A stretch of DNA of 64,000 nt from Candidatus Woesebacteria bacterium RIFCSPLOWO2_01_FULL_39_23 (GCA_001793095.1 MGHG01000009.1:157042-221041), one strand, 5' to 3'; shown: positions 10,113 through 18,780, numbered from the stretch's first letter. Translations and numbers: made by a program. The notes: generated by a model not told the origin, from the sequence alone.

Positions 10113-12749
10113 ATGTACAAAATCAAAGACTATATTAAAAATAACCGTGAACATCTTGTAATCATTTTTATTCTCGTATTTTCAGCTTTAACACACGGAT
10201 ATAACATGTTTCACTTTCCGTACTACGAAAATGACGAGGGAACATACATGTCCCAAGCCTGGTCAATCTTAACTCAAGGCAGAATTGCTCCTTATACTTA
10301 TTGGTACGACCACGCACCCGCTGGGTGGATATTAATTGCTCTTTGGGTAAAACTGACGGGTGGTTTTTTTACTTTCGGTTCTTCAATAAATTCAGGAAGA
10401 GTTCTTATGCTTATTATCCATGTTTTAACATCATTTCTTTTATACAAAATTGCAAAAAAACTGAGTAACAATCAACTAGCCGGAATTATTGCCGTTATTA
10501 TATTTTCACTCTCGCCATTGGCAGTATATTTTCAACGCAGAGTCTTACTCGATAATATTATGACTTTTTGGATATTTGTATCACTCTATTTCTTACTTTT
10601 CAGTAAACAAAAACTAACTTCCTTTTTTTTAAGTGCACTCGCATTTGGCCTTGCGGTATTAACGAAAGAAAACGCTATATTTTTCTTACCTCCCCTTCTA
10701 TATGTCCTTAATAAAAAGACACAAAACGATCAAAAAACTTTTGCATTTTTAAGTTGGATCATTATATCTTTTTCTTTAATCTCAACATACTTTTTATACG
10801 CATTGCTTAAAGATGAGTTATTCCCACCCGATTTTTTAGGCTCCTCCGGAGACCACGTCAGTCTTCTTGGAACACTTAAGACGCAATTAACCCGAGGAAA
10901 TGAACTGCCTTTCTGGAACAGGGAAAGTGAATTTTATAATAACTTTCAAACCTGGCTCTCTAAAGACAGTGTTACAATTATTTCCGGAGCGGTCGCTACC
11001 GCCTTAAGTTTAATTTTGAGTATAAAATATAAGTACCTCCGCATACCCGTTTTATTCTCTCTTTTCTTCTGGTTCTTTCTATTACGAGGCAAGCTCGTTA
11101 TAGAATTTTATATTATCCCTTTAATTCCTTTCCTATCCCTAAATACCGGCATTTTAACAACACTTTTAGTGCAAAAGGTAAGTTTTAAAAATCGCTACGT
11201 ATATAACCTAATGGCTTTACCTCTTATTGGCTCATCTTTATACTTACCTATTCGCGAATCGCTTAAACAATTTACAAAAGATGAAACTTCTCCCCAAATT
11301 CAAGCTATTGACTGGATTAAGAACAACTTAAATGAAAACGATTACATTGCCATTGATGACTACTCTTATGTAGATTTGCATGCACAAAGATTTCCAGGAG
11401 ATAAAGTTTTCAAGAACGCCGATTGGTTTTGGAAAATATATTATGACCCTGAGGTAAGATATGGAAAATACAATGAAGACTGGAAAAAGGTAGAATATAT
11501 CGCACTTAGCCATGAAATATTAAAACAAATGGGTCTTGGTACCCAAGACTTCATAGAAAACGCCTTTATTAACTCTCAAGAAGTTATTACTTGGAAAAAA
11601 GACACGTACTTAGATATCGATAATAAAATTTCGACGAACGGCGATTGGATTGCTATATATAAATTAAAAGACGAAAGTAATATTATTCTGTCACACGCGT
11701 GGGTTTTTTATAAAAATAATTTCATTCAGCCTTATGGCCAGGTCATCGATCCTACAAACAATAATATTACAACTTCCGAAGGACAAGCATATGCCCTGTT
11801 AAGATCGGTTTATTTGAATGATAAAACTACTTTTGACGGTGTGTGGAAATGGACCCAAGACCACTTACAAAAAAGAACGCAGGATAAACTTATATCCTGG
11901 CTTTGGTCCAAAAACGGACAGGAGTATAAATTAGCTGATTCTAATTCTGCATCCGACGCAGATGAAGACACCACACTAGCTCTCTTGTTTGCATATAAAA
12001 AATGGCATGAAGAGAAATATTTGTCAGACGCAAGAGAAATGATCAATGATATTTGGAAAAAAGAAGTCGTATTCATAAACGGCGAATATGTCATGACGAT
12101 GGGGACAGATGCTTTACGTGGAGATGTTTATATCGTAAACCCTTCATACGTCTCACCCGCGACATATAAAATATTCGCAACCATTGACCCCAAAAACGAC
12201 TGGAATAAGCTAGCCGAAGATAGCTATAAACTTCTCGATAATATAAGTTCACGACAAGGATCAAATAATCTACTTCCACCAAATTGGTTAAGTATTAATA
12301 AAAATACAGGAGAAATAAGCTCAGCTTCAAAATACATCGGTGATGGTGATGTCAACAACTTTGGTTTTGATGCGTTTAGGCTAATGTGGAGAGTCGCTCT
12401 CGACGCAAAATGGAACAATGACCCCCGAGCGATAACATATCTAAATAAATATACAGATTTTTATAAAACAGAATGGTCAAATAATAAAAACATTGCATCA
12501 ATTTATACTACGAAAGGTGAAAGAGAGGTGGATTACTCAAGCTTGAGCACTACCGTTGGTACTCTGTCCGCGTTATTATTTACGGATAAAAATTACGCTG
12601 ATGAAATATATAAAGGTATTTTTGAGAAAAAGTTTGATTATAGCAATGGTTATTGGGATGACAAGAATAATTATTTTGATCAAAATTGGGCATGGTTCGG
12701 AACCGCTCTTTACACCGACAATCTTCCTAATTTATGGGATACTATTTAA
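10113..12749 (+). CDS. Fusion protein: N-terminal polytopic GT-C domain (PMT/ArnT/GT39-like) plus C-terminal glycoside hydrolase family 8 (endoglucanase-like) domain
   Basis: About 500 aa with more than 10 TM helices and a DE motif in the first loop (YYENDEGTY). The C-terminal about 350 aa carry GH8 catalytic signatures (TSEGQAYALL and ASDADEDTTLALLFAYKKW). The start is 2 nt after the stop of the GT2 gene. Confidence 0.65.
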   Translation: MYKIKDYIKNNREHLVIIFILVFSALTHGYNMFHFPYYENDEGTYMSQAWSILTQGRIAPYTYWYDHAPAGWILIALWVKLTGGFFTFGSSINSGRVLMLIIHVLTSFLLYKIAKKLSNNQLAGIIAVIIFSLSPLAVYFQRRVLLDNIMTFWIFVSLYFLLFSKQKLTSFFLSALAFGLAVLTKENAIFFLPPLLYVLNKKTQNDQKTFAFLSWIIISFSLISTYFLYALLKDELFPPDFLGSSGDHVSLLGTLKTQLTRGNELPFWNRESEFYNNFQTWLSKDSVTIISGAVATALSLILSIKYKYLRIPVLFSLFFWFFLLRGKLVIEFYIIPLIPFLSLNTGILTTLLVQKVSFKNRYVYNLMALPLIGSSLYLPIRESLKQFTKDETSPQIQAIDWIKNNLNENDYIAIDDYSYVDLHAQRFPGDKVFKNADWFWKIYYDPEVRYGKYNEDWKKVEYIALSHEILKQMGLGTQDFIENAFINSQEVITWKKDTYLDIDNKISTNGDWIAIYKLKDESNIILSHAWVFYKNNFIQPYGQVIDPTNNNITTSEGQAYALLRSVYLNDKTTFDGVWKWTQDHLQKRTQDKLISWLWSKNGQEYKLADSNSASDADEDTTLALLFAYKKWHEEKYLSDAREMINDIWKKEVVFINGEYVMTMGTDALRGDVYIVNPSYVSPATYKIFATIDPKNDWNKLAEDSYKLLDNISSRQGSNNLLPPNWLSINKNTGEISSASKYIGDGDVNNFGFDAFRLMWRVALDAKWNNDPRAITYLNKYTDFYKTEWSNNKNIASIYTTKGEREVDYSSLSTTVGTLSALLFTDKNYADEIYKGIFEKKFDYSNGYWDDKNNYFDQNWAWFGTALYTDNLPNLWDTI

Positions 12750-12759
12750 CGTTTAAATC

Positions 12760-12885
12760 ATGCTTAGTGTTTCAAAAGTAGAACTTCTTGCAAGGGAACT
12801 TGTTGAGCAATACAAAGTTCTTTCTCAATTAAATATACTTCCTGAAAACATAGATACTTATTATCAACCTATTTATAATAAATAG
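12760..12885 (+). CDS. small ORF A (41 aa, MLSVSKVELLARELVEQYKVLSQLNILPENIDTYYQPIYNK), paralog of small ORF B
   Basis: The nucleotide divergence from copy B falls mostly at synonymous codon positions, which indicates a translated frame. It starts 11 nt after the previous gene. Confidence 0.35.
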   Translation: MLSVSKVELLARELVEQYKVLSQLNILPENIDTYYQPIYNK

Positions 12886-12902
12886 ACTTATTGGAGTTAA
12901 AA

Positions 12903-13145
12903 TTAAGTAGTTGACGTTTCTCTAGTTACTTGCTGACTTAAGTCATAAAGTTCCATAGGCTTAAATGGAACACGTTCTTTATGAAATTGTTGGTCTTTGA
13001 CGGCGATGGTTCGTGCAGCTGTTACTTGTTCTGGCGTAAGACGACCTCCAGAATTTTCCATACCAATTCTGACTGCCTGCCGTAACAATAAAGCATAAGA
13101 TGCACACAGTTTGGTTCCTTTGTTGTCGGAGTGCTCTTGAGTCAT
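12903..13145 (-). CDS. hypothetical 80-aa protein in a locally GC-rich segment
   Basis: ORF with clearly higher GC than its surroundings, flanked by the two paralogous small ORFs. No recognisable family. Confidence 0.4.
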   Translation of the reverse strand: MTQEHSDNKGTKLCASYALLLRQAVRIGMENSGGRLTPEQVTAARTIAVKDQQFHKERVPFKPMELYDLSQQVTRETSTT

Positions 13146-13237
13146 TTTAATATTTAATAATTGTTTTTTACTTTTTTATTTCCTGAAGTCAATAGTTGGA
13201 CATAACGTTACAGGAAGTATGATGTAAACAACAAGGT

Positions 13238-13345
13238 GTGTATAAAGTAGAACTTTTAGCTAAAGAGCTTGTTGAACAATACAAGGTTTTATCGAGCCTA
13301 AATATACTGCCTGATAATATCAATTCATATTATCAGCCTGTTTAG
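13238..13345 (+). CDS. small ORF B (35 aa from a GTG start, VYKVELLAKELVEQYKVLSSLNILPDNINSYYQPV), paralog of small ORF A
   Basis: About 75% nt identity to ORF A, with 12 of 18 differing codons synonymous. There is no ATG; the candidate start is GTG. The 3' end overlaps the last 8 codons of the convergent Nudix gene. Confidence 0.3.
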   Translation: MYKVELLAKELVEQYKVLSSLNILPDNINSYYQPV

Positions 13346-13751
13346 TCATTGCCTCTTTATGCTTCCTTAAGAATTCAGCCTCTTCCTTAAAAGCCATTCT
13401 TTCTATAGCTTCATCATATTCGTACCAACCATACTTTTCTTCAGCTTTATCACCGTGATTAAAGTCTTGTGATTCCATCAAGTACATATGAATTGTTTTT
13501 AATACGGTTTCACCATTATCTTCTACAGATTCCCTTATCAATGAACCTATTTTATTGATTATGGATATGTTCTGTAAACCTGTTTCTTCGTTCATTTCTC
13601 TAATCGCATCCTCCTCGATAGTTTCTCCCTCCTTGACGTGTCCTTTTAAGAACCCCAAGTCCTTATACTCAGAATAATAAAGCAATAGAAGGTAGTATTT
13701 ATCACCCTCTTTTTTTACAATGATTCCACCCGCACTTGTAGCTTTTTTCAT
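13320..13751 (-). CDS. NUDIX hydrolase
   Basis: Nudix box GHVKEGETIEEDAIREMNEETGL (Gx5Ex7REUxEExGU). Confidence 0.8.
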   Translation of the reverse strand: MKKATSAGGIIVKKEGDKYYLLLLYYSEYKDLGFLKGHVKEGETIEEDAIREMNEETGLQNISIINKIGSLIRESVEDNGETVLKTIHMYLMESQDFNHGDKAEEKYGWYEYDEAIERMAFKEEAEFLRKHKEAMTKQADNMN

Positions 13752-13756
13752 TTAAT

Positions 13757-14155
13757 CTACTCCCAGTCTTGGTCGACATAATGCCAAGACATTTCTTTGC
13801 TCGGTATAACTTCAAAAATGTAGGTCTTATATGTAATATAGCTATCATCCATATCCTCACCATATTTATCCCAGAGCATTTTTCTAAATGGAATAGGACA
13901 TTCTTTTTCTTCATACCATTTTACCTTTCCCCAAACCAAATAAGTTTCCCTTCCTCCAAAACAGAGCATAATTTTGTTGTTTTCTTTGATATTTTTGTAA
14001 GCTCTTGTCGTTTTATCAGTCTCAAACCAGATTTTCCCTTTATCGTAAACATACCAAATTGGCTTTAGATGAGGTTTTCCTATCAAATCTGAAGTGGCGA
14101 GATATACAATTTCAGTCTGCAATAATTTATCTTTTTCTGTCTTGTTTAATGGCAT
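13757..14155 (-). CDS. pyridoxamine 5'-phosphate oxidase-like FMN-binding split-barrel protein
   Basis: Size and pattern (xxIVYLATSDLxGKPHLxPIWYVYDxGKIWF) resemble the PNPOx-like family. It is 5 nt from the Nudix gene. Confidence 0.45.
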   Translation of the reverse strand: MPLNKTEKDKLLQTEIVYLATSDLIGKPHLKPIWYVYDKGKIWFETDKTTRAYKNIKENNKIMLCFGGRETYLVWGKVKWYEEKECPIPFRKMLWDKYGEDMDDSYITYKTYIFEVIPSKEMSWHYVDQDWE

Positions 14156-14161
14156 AATAAT

Positions 14162-14698
14162 TTAATCCTTATAGAACACAATAAGGTTGTTTTTGTATTC
14201 ATATAAATCATATCTCTTGAGAACCTTATCAAACAACTGTATCCAGTATTTTTTGGGAGGTACGTGTCCCCAATTAAAGAAGTGAAATATTTTCAAATAA
14301 GGTTCACAGATAAATAAGTACTGAAAGTTATTAACAGCTTTTTGTAAAACCCCTTCTTTGTTGTATGCGTGGTGAAGCGAGTATGTAAAAGTAGCCATTT
14401 CACCTTTCGGAAATTCGCTATTAAAATCCAGAAACTGTACCTTAAATCCTTTTCTTTTTGCCCTTTCCAGCATTGGCTCGCTTCTATCACAAGCTATTAT
14501 TTCCTTTGGTTTAAGCACTTTTTGAATCCTTGCAGTATTTTCACCATCCCCACACCCTAAGTCATAAATATTTTTATACAAAAAGCCTTTTGGAATTTTA
14601 GATTCAATAAATTCAAATAGCGGGTCGTGGAATCTGTTATAAAGGCAAGGAGCTAACCTATATCCGATATTCTCTATTATAAACTCTCTAACTCTCAT
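14162..14698 (-). CDS. class I SAM-dependent methyltransferase
   Basis: Motif I DLGCGDGENT and a downstream acidic motif. It is 6 nt upstream of the PNPOx-like gene. Confidence 0.65.
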   Translation of the reverse strand: MRVREFIIENIGYRLAPCLYNRFHDPLFEFIESKIPKGFLYKNIYDLGCGDGENTARIQKVLKPKEIIACDRSEPMLERAKRKGFKVQFLDFNSEFPKGEMATFTYSLHHAYNKEGVLQKAVNNFQYLFICEPYLKIFHFFNWGHVPPKKYWIQLFDKVLKRYDLYEYKNNLIVFYKD

Positions 14699-14759
14699 TT
14701 TACTTTGAAGTATAACAGAAATTTTTTTAGAAAAAGTTATATAATACTTTCAGATAAAA

Positions 14760-15410
14760 ATGAAATTAACGCCTCAAGAAGAACTAACGATTCAAGCCTA
14801 CAGCGAAAATGCAGTTGAGTGGGTAAAAGAACATTCAGACACAAACTACTGGAAAGAAGAATTGGCGACTTTCAAAGGACTTTTGCCGAGTGGGAAAATA
14901 TTAGAAATAGGTTGCGGTGGTGGCAGAGACGCAAAGGTTTTGATTTCAATGGGATATGACTATATTGGCACAGATATATCAAGTGAATTTGTTAAAGTGG
15001 CTAAAAGGTTAGTTAAAAATGGAAAGTTTCTTTGTAAGAGTGTATATGATTTGGGATTTAAAGATAGTAAGTTTGATGGTTTTTGGGCTTCGGCAGTATT
15101 TCTTCATATACCAAAAAGAAGAATTGACGAGGCGTTACAGGATGTCGTAAGAGTAACTAGAGATAATGGGTTAGGGTTTATCTCTGTTAAGCAAGGTAAA
15201 GGTGAACCTATCATTGAGGAAGTTTACATAGGAAGTAATAGAAATTTAAAATTATTTTGGGCTTTTTATCATAAAACCGAATTTGACAAAGTACTGAAAA
15301 GAAACAATTTAGAGGTTATTATGTTTAATAAATGGACAATAAGCAAAAGAACAACTTGGTTGATTTATTTTGTAAAAGTTGTTAAAAGTCCTATACCTCG
15401 TAAGGTATAA
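14760..15410 (+). CDS. class I SAM-dependent methyltransferase
   Basis: Motif I LEIGCGGGRDA and motif II-like YDYIGTDIS. Confidence 0.7.
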   Translation: MKLTPQEELTIQAYSENAVEWVKEHSDTNYWKEELATFKGLLPSGKILEIGCGGGRDAKVLISMGYDYIGTDISSEFVKVAKRLVKNGKFLCKSVYDLGFKDSKFDGFWASAVFLHIPKRRIDEALQDVVRVTRDNGLGFISVKQGKGEPIIEEVYIGSNRNLKLFWAFYHKTEFDKVLKRNNLEVIMFNKWTISKRTTWLIYFVKVVKSPIPRKV

Positions 15411-15533
15411 TTGTTTTTATGAAGCTAAAAAGTGATTATTTTATGTTGCATCGATCATATCTTTAATAGCAGAATAATAAATTAGACCTGCCTCTCCCTT
15501 GCTCTCGCTCTCAAAAACAAGTAATATACTATT

Positions 15534-15944
15534 ATGAAAATAACTTCGAACGTAAAAGGTCAACTTGCATTAAGTAAAACCGAGCTTAGAGCGCTAGAGT
15601 TAGGTTATATTCCAAGTAAACCAATATTTGATACAAGATACGATCTAATATTGGACGATTTAAATGAATTAAAACGTGTACAAGTAAAATATGCAGACGG
15701 AAAAATGAGTAATAGTGATGGTTCGGTGAGAGTGAAACTTGAATATAAAGATAGAAGAAGAAACATTTATACCTATAAAAAAGAGGAAGTCGATGGGTTG
15801 ATTGTTTACCTTCCAAGAGTTAATAAACTTTGTTTTTTTCCGCCAAATGTATTTATTGGAAAAAAGTATTTGTGTATTAGAGTCAGTCAATCAAAAAATA
15901 ATCAGCAAAAGGGTGTCTTATTTGCAAATAAGTTCTTCTGGTAA
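15534..15944 (+). CDS. hypothetical protein, weak resemblance to small PD-(D/E)xK / Hjc-like nucleases
   Basis: Pattern GQLALSKTELRALELGY...YDLILDD...LKRVQVKY is only suggestive. It lies immediately upstream of tRNA-Asp with a tgtag-taaaat-ctaca hairpin after its stop. Confidence 0.3.
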   Translation: MKITSNVKGQLALSKTELRALELGYIPSKPIFDTRYDLILDDLNELKRVQVKYADGKMSNSDGSVRVKLEYKDRRRNIYTYKKEEVDGLIVYLPRVNKLCFFPPNVFIGKKYLCIRVSQSKNNQQKGVLFANKFFW

Positions 15945-15990
15945 ATATTATAGCTAACCGTACTAAAATGTAGTAAAATCTACACATGTT

Positions 15991-16066
15991 GGGGTCGTGG
16001 TGTAGCGGTTAACACATCCGCCTGTCACGCGGAAGATCGAGGGTTCGATTCCCTTCGACCCCGCCA
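15991..16066 (+). tRNA. tRNA-Asp (anticodon GTC), CCA encoded
   Basis: Cloverleaf folded by hand: acceptor ggggtcg/cgacccc, anticodon loop ctGTCac, T-loop GTTCGATTC. Confidence 0.9.
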
Positions 16067-16448
16067 TACTCATATATATTTTTCTCCTACTGACGCACAA
16101 GACAATAACAAATTTTGAATTGGCAATTCACTTTTCGTTATAATAAACTACATAAATTTATAAATAAATATGACTGAAAGAGAGGAAGATATTAGAAAGC
16201 ATCAACTTGCATATAAACTTGATGCAGGAATGTGAGACTTGTTAAATTCCGACCATCCCAATTAATGTCATTCAAGGATATTTGCAAATATTCGGAAGTT
16301 ATGAGATCAATGGAAGGAATAAAGGACTTACATATAATTTAGTGAAAGCATCAATTATGTTATCAGCGAAAATTAATATGTGGACTCGCGATCAAATAAA
16401 TAAAGCCAAAGAAGAAGGAAGAAATATTGAAAAATTGAAAAGAATTCA

Positions 16449-16976
16449 ATGATTGAAACGCACCCACTTCTTCCATTTGTTCCGCCTAAAACAAAATATC
16501 TTCTTTTGGGCAGTTTTGTAACTAAGGAAGCATTTGATAACAAGAAACGGGCAAACTACACATGGTATTATGCTAACGGCGGCAGAAATCAGTTTTGGCC
16601 GATGTTACAGGATATATACGATGTCGATTTGCAAACCAGAAAAAGTATGCAAAACCTGATGGCAAAACTCCATATGGCAGTAGCTGATATTATTTATCGG
16701 TGTGAAAGAAAGAAATACAACAATCTTGATACAAATTTAATAAATATTGTTTATAACATAAAGGATATAAGTAAGATTTTAAGAAATACTAATATAGAAA
16801 AAATATATTTCTCCAGCAGATTTGTCGAAAGTAAATTCAGAAAACTATTCAAAGAGTATATTGTAAACCATAAAGAAATCGAGCTGATTACACTCCCCTC
16901 TCCCTCACCCCGCTACGCAAGTTTATCCAAAGAAAAAAAGGTTAACATATACAAAAAAGTTCTTCCCAAACTCTAA
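16449..16976 (+). CDS. uracil-DNA glycosylase superfamily protein (Mug/TDG-like) with non-canonical motif 1
   Basis: Conserved NxFW (GGRNQFWPML) and C-terminal LPSPSPRYA (compare LPSTSG/MPSSSAR of Mug/TDG). Motif 1 is GSFVT instead of GINPG. A 31-aa uORF overlaps the start codon (ATGA). Confidence 0.5.
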   Translation: MIETHPLLPFVPPKTKYLLLGSFVTKEAFDNKKRANYTWYYANGGRNQFWPMLQDIYDVDLQTRKSMQNLMAKLHMAVADIIYRCERKKYNNLDTNLINIVYNIKDISKILRNTNIEKIYFSSRFVESKFRKLFKEYIVNHKEIELITLPSPSPRYASLSKEKKVNIYKKVLPKL

Positions 16977-16985
16977 TAAAATAAA

Positions 16986-17672
16986 ATGGACTACAAAATG
17001 CTTCCTGGAAAGTTGAAGTATATTTTAGCCTCAAGTTTCAAATTAGATTTTTTGTATTCAAGTCCATATTACTCTCAGGAGGGCGAAGATATAATTCTGG
17101 GAAATATCTTTGATGTAAAAAAATCCGGTTTCTATATTGACGTCGGAGCATATCATCCGTATAAATTCTCGAATACCTACCTGCTATATAAACGAGGATG
17201 GCGTGGTATTAATATTGAACCCAGACCGGGGTCAAAAGCACTTTTTTCCAAATTACGTCCGCGGGATATAAACATTGAGGCAGCAATCGCTAACACCAAC
17301 AAAGATACTATCTATTACATGTTTGATGAGTCAGCCTTAAATACCTTCAGCCGTTATCACTTTAAAGCTGTTACTTCCTCAAACCAATCACGATATAAAC
17401 ACAGTCTTAGGATTAAAACTAAGAAACTTAAGGATATTTTGAAAAGTAAACTTCCGAAAAATACAACAATAGATCTATTAAATATTGATGCTGAGGGGAG
17501 TGAACTCGAAATTCTTAAATCAAACGACTGGTCGTTATATTCGCCGAAAATAATATGTATCGAAATTCTAAATACTCCCAAAACAACTAAAATTTATGCT
17601 TATTTAAAAAGACTTGGGTATAAATTAATTGCCCAAACATTAAATACTAAGATTTTTGAAAAAAACACTTGA
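16986..17672 (+). CDS. FkbM-family methyltransferase
   Basis: FYIDVGAYHPYKFSNT ... GWRGINIEP ... NIDAEGSE pattern typical of the FkbM family. Confidence 0.7.
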   Translation: MDYKMLPGKLKYILASSFKLDFLYSSPYYSQEGEDIILGNIFDVKKSGFYIDVGAYHPYKFSNTYLLYKRGWRGINIEPRPGSKALFSKLRPRDINIEAAIANTNKDTIYYMFDESALNTFSRYHFKAVTSSNQSRYKHSLRIKTKKLKDILKSKLPKNTTIDLLNIDAEGSELEILKSNDWSLYSPKIICIEILNTPKTTKIYAYLKRLGYKLIAQTLNTKIFEKNT

Positions 17673-17743
17673 CAACTTCTACCTCATAGTTTACATTCTG
17701 CGTAGATATAAATATCTCATACATTTCACCCGATAATGATTAC

Positions 17744-18337
17744 ATGACACTAAAAAAGTTTCTTAAAACCTTAAAACTGAATGAGTCCTCGATTAGTATC
17801 GCTCTCGGTGCAATAGTTTTAGTTATTTTCGGAGTTGCTTTAATAAATTATCTTAGCGGAAATAAAAAAGGAGAGATCATTCCACCAATTGGCACAGAAA
17901 ACACACCAACGACCTTATCTAATAAGCATGTCGTACAAAAAGGGGAAACTCTTTGGAGCATCTCTGAGCAATATTATAAAAGCGGGTATAACTGGGTTGA
18001 TCTGGCCGAGGTTAATAATTTACAAAATGCTGATGCCGTAGCAGAAGGCACCGAACTTATTATCCCATCAGTTGTTCCAAAAACCGTTACCGCATATAAT
18101 GAAGCAACACCACCAGCGCCAATAATTACGCCTACCGAAAAGGCTACCATAACATCAACTAATAGTGAGCAAGCAATTAGCGGAGAATCATACACAGTGG
18201 TCAAGGGAGATAATTTGTGGAAAATAGCTGTTCGGGCGTATGGCGACGGCTATAAATGGGTGGAAATCGCCCGAACCAATAAACTTGCTAACCCTGATGT
18301 AATTCACTCCGGAAATGTCCTGACTCTTCCTCGGTAA
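17744..18337 (+). CDS. membrane-anchored protein with two LysM peptidoglycan-binding domains
   Basis: N-terminal TM and two LysM repeats (HVVQKGETLWSISEQYY...ELIIP and YTVVKGDNLWKIAVRAYGDG...NVLTLP). Confidence 0.8.
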   Translation: MTLKKFLKTLKLNESSISIALGAIVLVIFGVALINYLSGNKKGEIIPPIGTENTPTTLSNKHVVQKGETLWSISEQYYKSGYNWVDLAEVNNLQNADAVAEGTELIIPSVVPKTVTAYNEATPPAPIITPTEKATITSTNSEQAISGESYTVVKGDNLWKIAVRAYGDGYKWVEIARTNKLANPDVIHSGNVLTLPR

Positions 18338-18361
18338 AATATCGAGCTTTATTCTCCAAAC

Positions 18362-18370
18362 TGATATAAT
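18362..18370 (+). promoter_or_regulatory. extended -10 promoter element (TGATATAAT) positioned about 10 nt upstream of the tRNA-Gly 5' fragment
   Basis: Exact TGnTATAAT read directly from the sequence. Confidence 0.35.
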
Positions 18371-18380
18371 CAATAAGTAG

Positions 18381-18414
18381 GCGGGCGTAGTTCAGCGGTA
18401 GAATGTCTCCTTCC
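18381..18414 (+). pseudogene. tRNA-Gly 5' fragment (acceptor 5' strand, D-arm, 5' anticodon stem and first 4 loop nt)
   Basis: Positions 8–35 are identical to the intact tRNA-Gly(CCC) at 18760. The acceptor strand differs (gcgggcg vs gcagcgg). Similarity ends inside the anticodon loop. Confidence 0.5.
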
Positions 18415-18429
18415 TCCGCCTAAAAGGTT

Positions 18430-18780
18430 ATGCCTATTATGGCGGACCCGTCAAAATACTATGTTTTTGTCGGGCAAGGTATAATGTTTTTAATGCACTA
18501 CACTTATGTTCTTCTATGTACTGATTTAAATAGAAATCGATCAAAATACTATATTGGATCTACAAAAAACTTAAAACAAAGGATTCTTGACCATAAATCA
18601 AAATCGAATAAAACTACAAAATGTTTTGATATAATCGATCTTATATACTATGAAGCTTGTCTTAATAAGACTGATGCTAGAAAAAGAGAATTTCAACTAA
18701 AGACAGGTTTCGGAAGAGGATATATAAAAAGAAGGAATGAAAATTATTTTATTGAAAATGCAGCGGTAGTTCAGCGGTAG
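18430..18780 (+). CDS. GIY-YIG nuclease family protein (YhbQ/Slx1-like URI domain). The true start is probably the leaderless ATG at 18493, directly downstream of a perfect TATAAT at 18479–18484.
   Basis: YTYVLLCTD...KYYIGSTKNLKQRILDH ... EACLNKTDARKREFQLK...GRGYIKRR matches the GIY-YIG core. The reading frame runs into tRNA-Gly, with stop TAG inside the tRNA D-loop. Confidence 0.8.
   Translation: MPIMADPSKYYVFVGQGIMFLMHYTYVLLCTDLNRNRSKYYIGSTKNLKQRILDHKSKSNKTTKCFDIIDLIYYEACLNKTDARKREFQLKTGFGRGYIKRRNENYFIENAAVVQR

Noticed and set aside
12903-13145. Prophage or integrative element around the GC-anomalous gene
   Set aside because: No integrase, recombinase, capsid or terminase genes are nearby. 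The flanking repeats are coding paralogs rather than att-like short direct repeats.
12888-13237. GC-rich block as a structured RNA gene (tmRNA, RNase P RNA, SRP RNA, 6S RNA)
   Set aside because: It has no tRNA-like 3' domain, no recognisable RNase P or SRP conserved boxes, and an uninterrupted 80-codon ORF. A protein gene is the simpler reading.
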